Below the pieces are notes generated by a model, which ran no database searches, was not told the origin of the DNA, and worked only from the letters and a program-made list of their open reading frames with translations. From Candidatus Bathyarchaeota archaeon (GTDB lineage: Archaea; Thermoproteota; Bathyarchaeia; Bathyarchaeales; Bathycorpusculaceae), in contig CAWABA010000009.1 in assembly GCA_963780185.1 (NCBI GenBank), positions 1-64,000 of the forward strand: a stretch of 64,000 nt of DNA. The letters are read 5' to 3'. The position numbers were made by a program, and so were the translations under genes. Positions 63,704-64,000 of this stretch are shown here, piece by piece (within the stretch, counting starts at the first letter, position 1; every line of letters begins with the position of its first letter).

Positions 63704-64000
63704 CTAACTGGTCAAGCTGTAGGAGCCAACCGTTAGTTTTTCAGCGCCGTCCCGAGTGACTAAAACTGTGTCTTCTATTCTGACTCCGCCGTAACCTGGA
63801 AGGTAGATTCCCGGCTCATCCGTTACCACGTTCCCAACTGCCAAGATGTCTTTGCTGTCAGGGCTCAAAACGGGCGCTTCATGAATTTCCAAGCCAACCC
63901 CGTGTCCCAAGTTGTGGACAAAGAAGTCGCCGAAACCAGCCGCTTCAATCGTTTGCCTTGCTGCCGCATCAACTACTTTGGCTTCAACGCCAGGTTTTAT
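63704..64000 (-). CDS. Xaa-Pro aminopeptidase (M24), C-terminal part
   Basis: HNLGHGVGLEIHEAP, TDEPGIY, GGVRIED. Confidence 0.9.
   Translation of the reverse strand: MKPGVEAKVVDAAARQTIEAAGFGDFFVHNLGHGVGLEIHEAPVLSPDSKDILAVGNVVTDEPGIYLPGYGGVRIEDTVLVTRDGAEKLTVGSYSLTS

Overview
An archaeal genomic window, very probably Bathyarchaeia (Bathyarchaeota), judged from the 16S gene and gene content. Many single-base frameshifts fall in essential genes, which suggests an unpolished long-read assembly. The core genes are sdhAB, ribosomal proteins S19e/L39e/L31e/L14e/L37e, cbf5, Sm, RPA, hdrCB-mvhGA with a maturation protease, purE/purC/purP x2, an EF-2 paralogue lacking the diphthamide motif, an Ogg1-type glycosylase, a stand-alone 16S rRNA gene and two tRNAs. 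The best candidate for an undescribed system is an AT-rich four-gene island at 29766-34632. It encodes a conflict-type phosphoribosyltransferase-like protein, an unknown partner, a fused PfkB kinase/SIS sugar-isomerase protein and a convergent HAD phosphatase. Other notable signals are a 3.4-kb MarR/MFS/MBL islet bounded by a tRNA-Leu duplication, a TIR-like protein lacking its catalytic Glu, a GTCAA-N6-TTGAC operator shared by three surface-protein genes and a membrane-anchored wHTH regulator, several candidate structured ncRNAs, and a dispersed intergenic repeat family. All family assignments come from motif recognition by eye; no searches were run.
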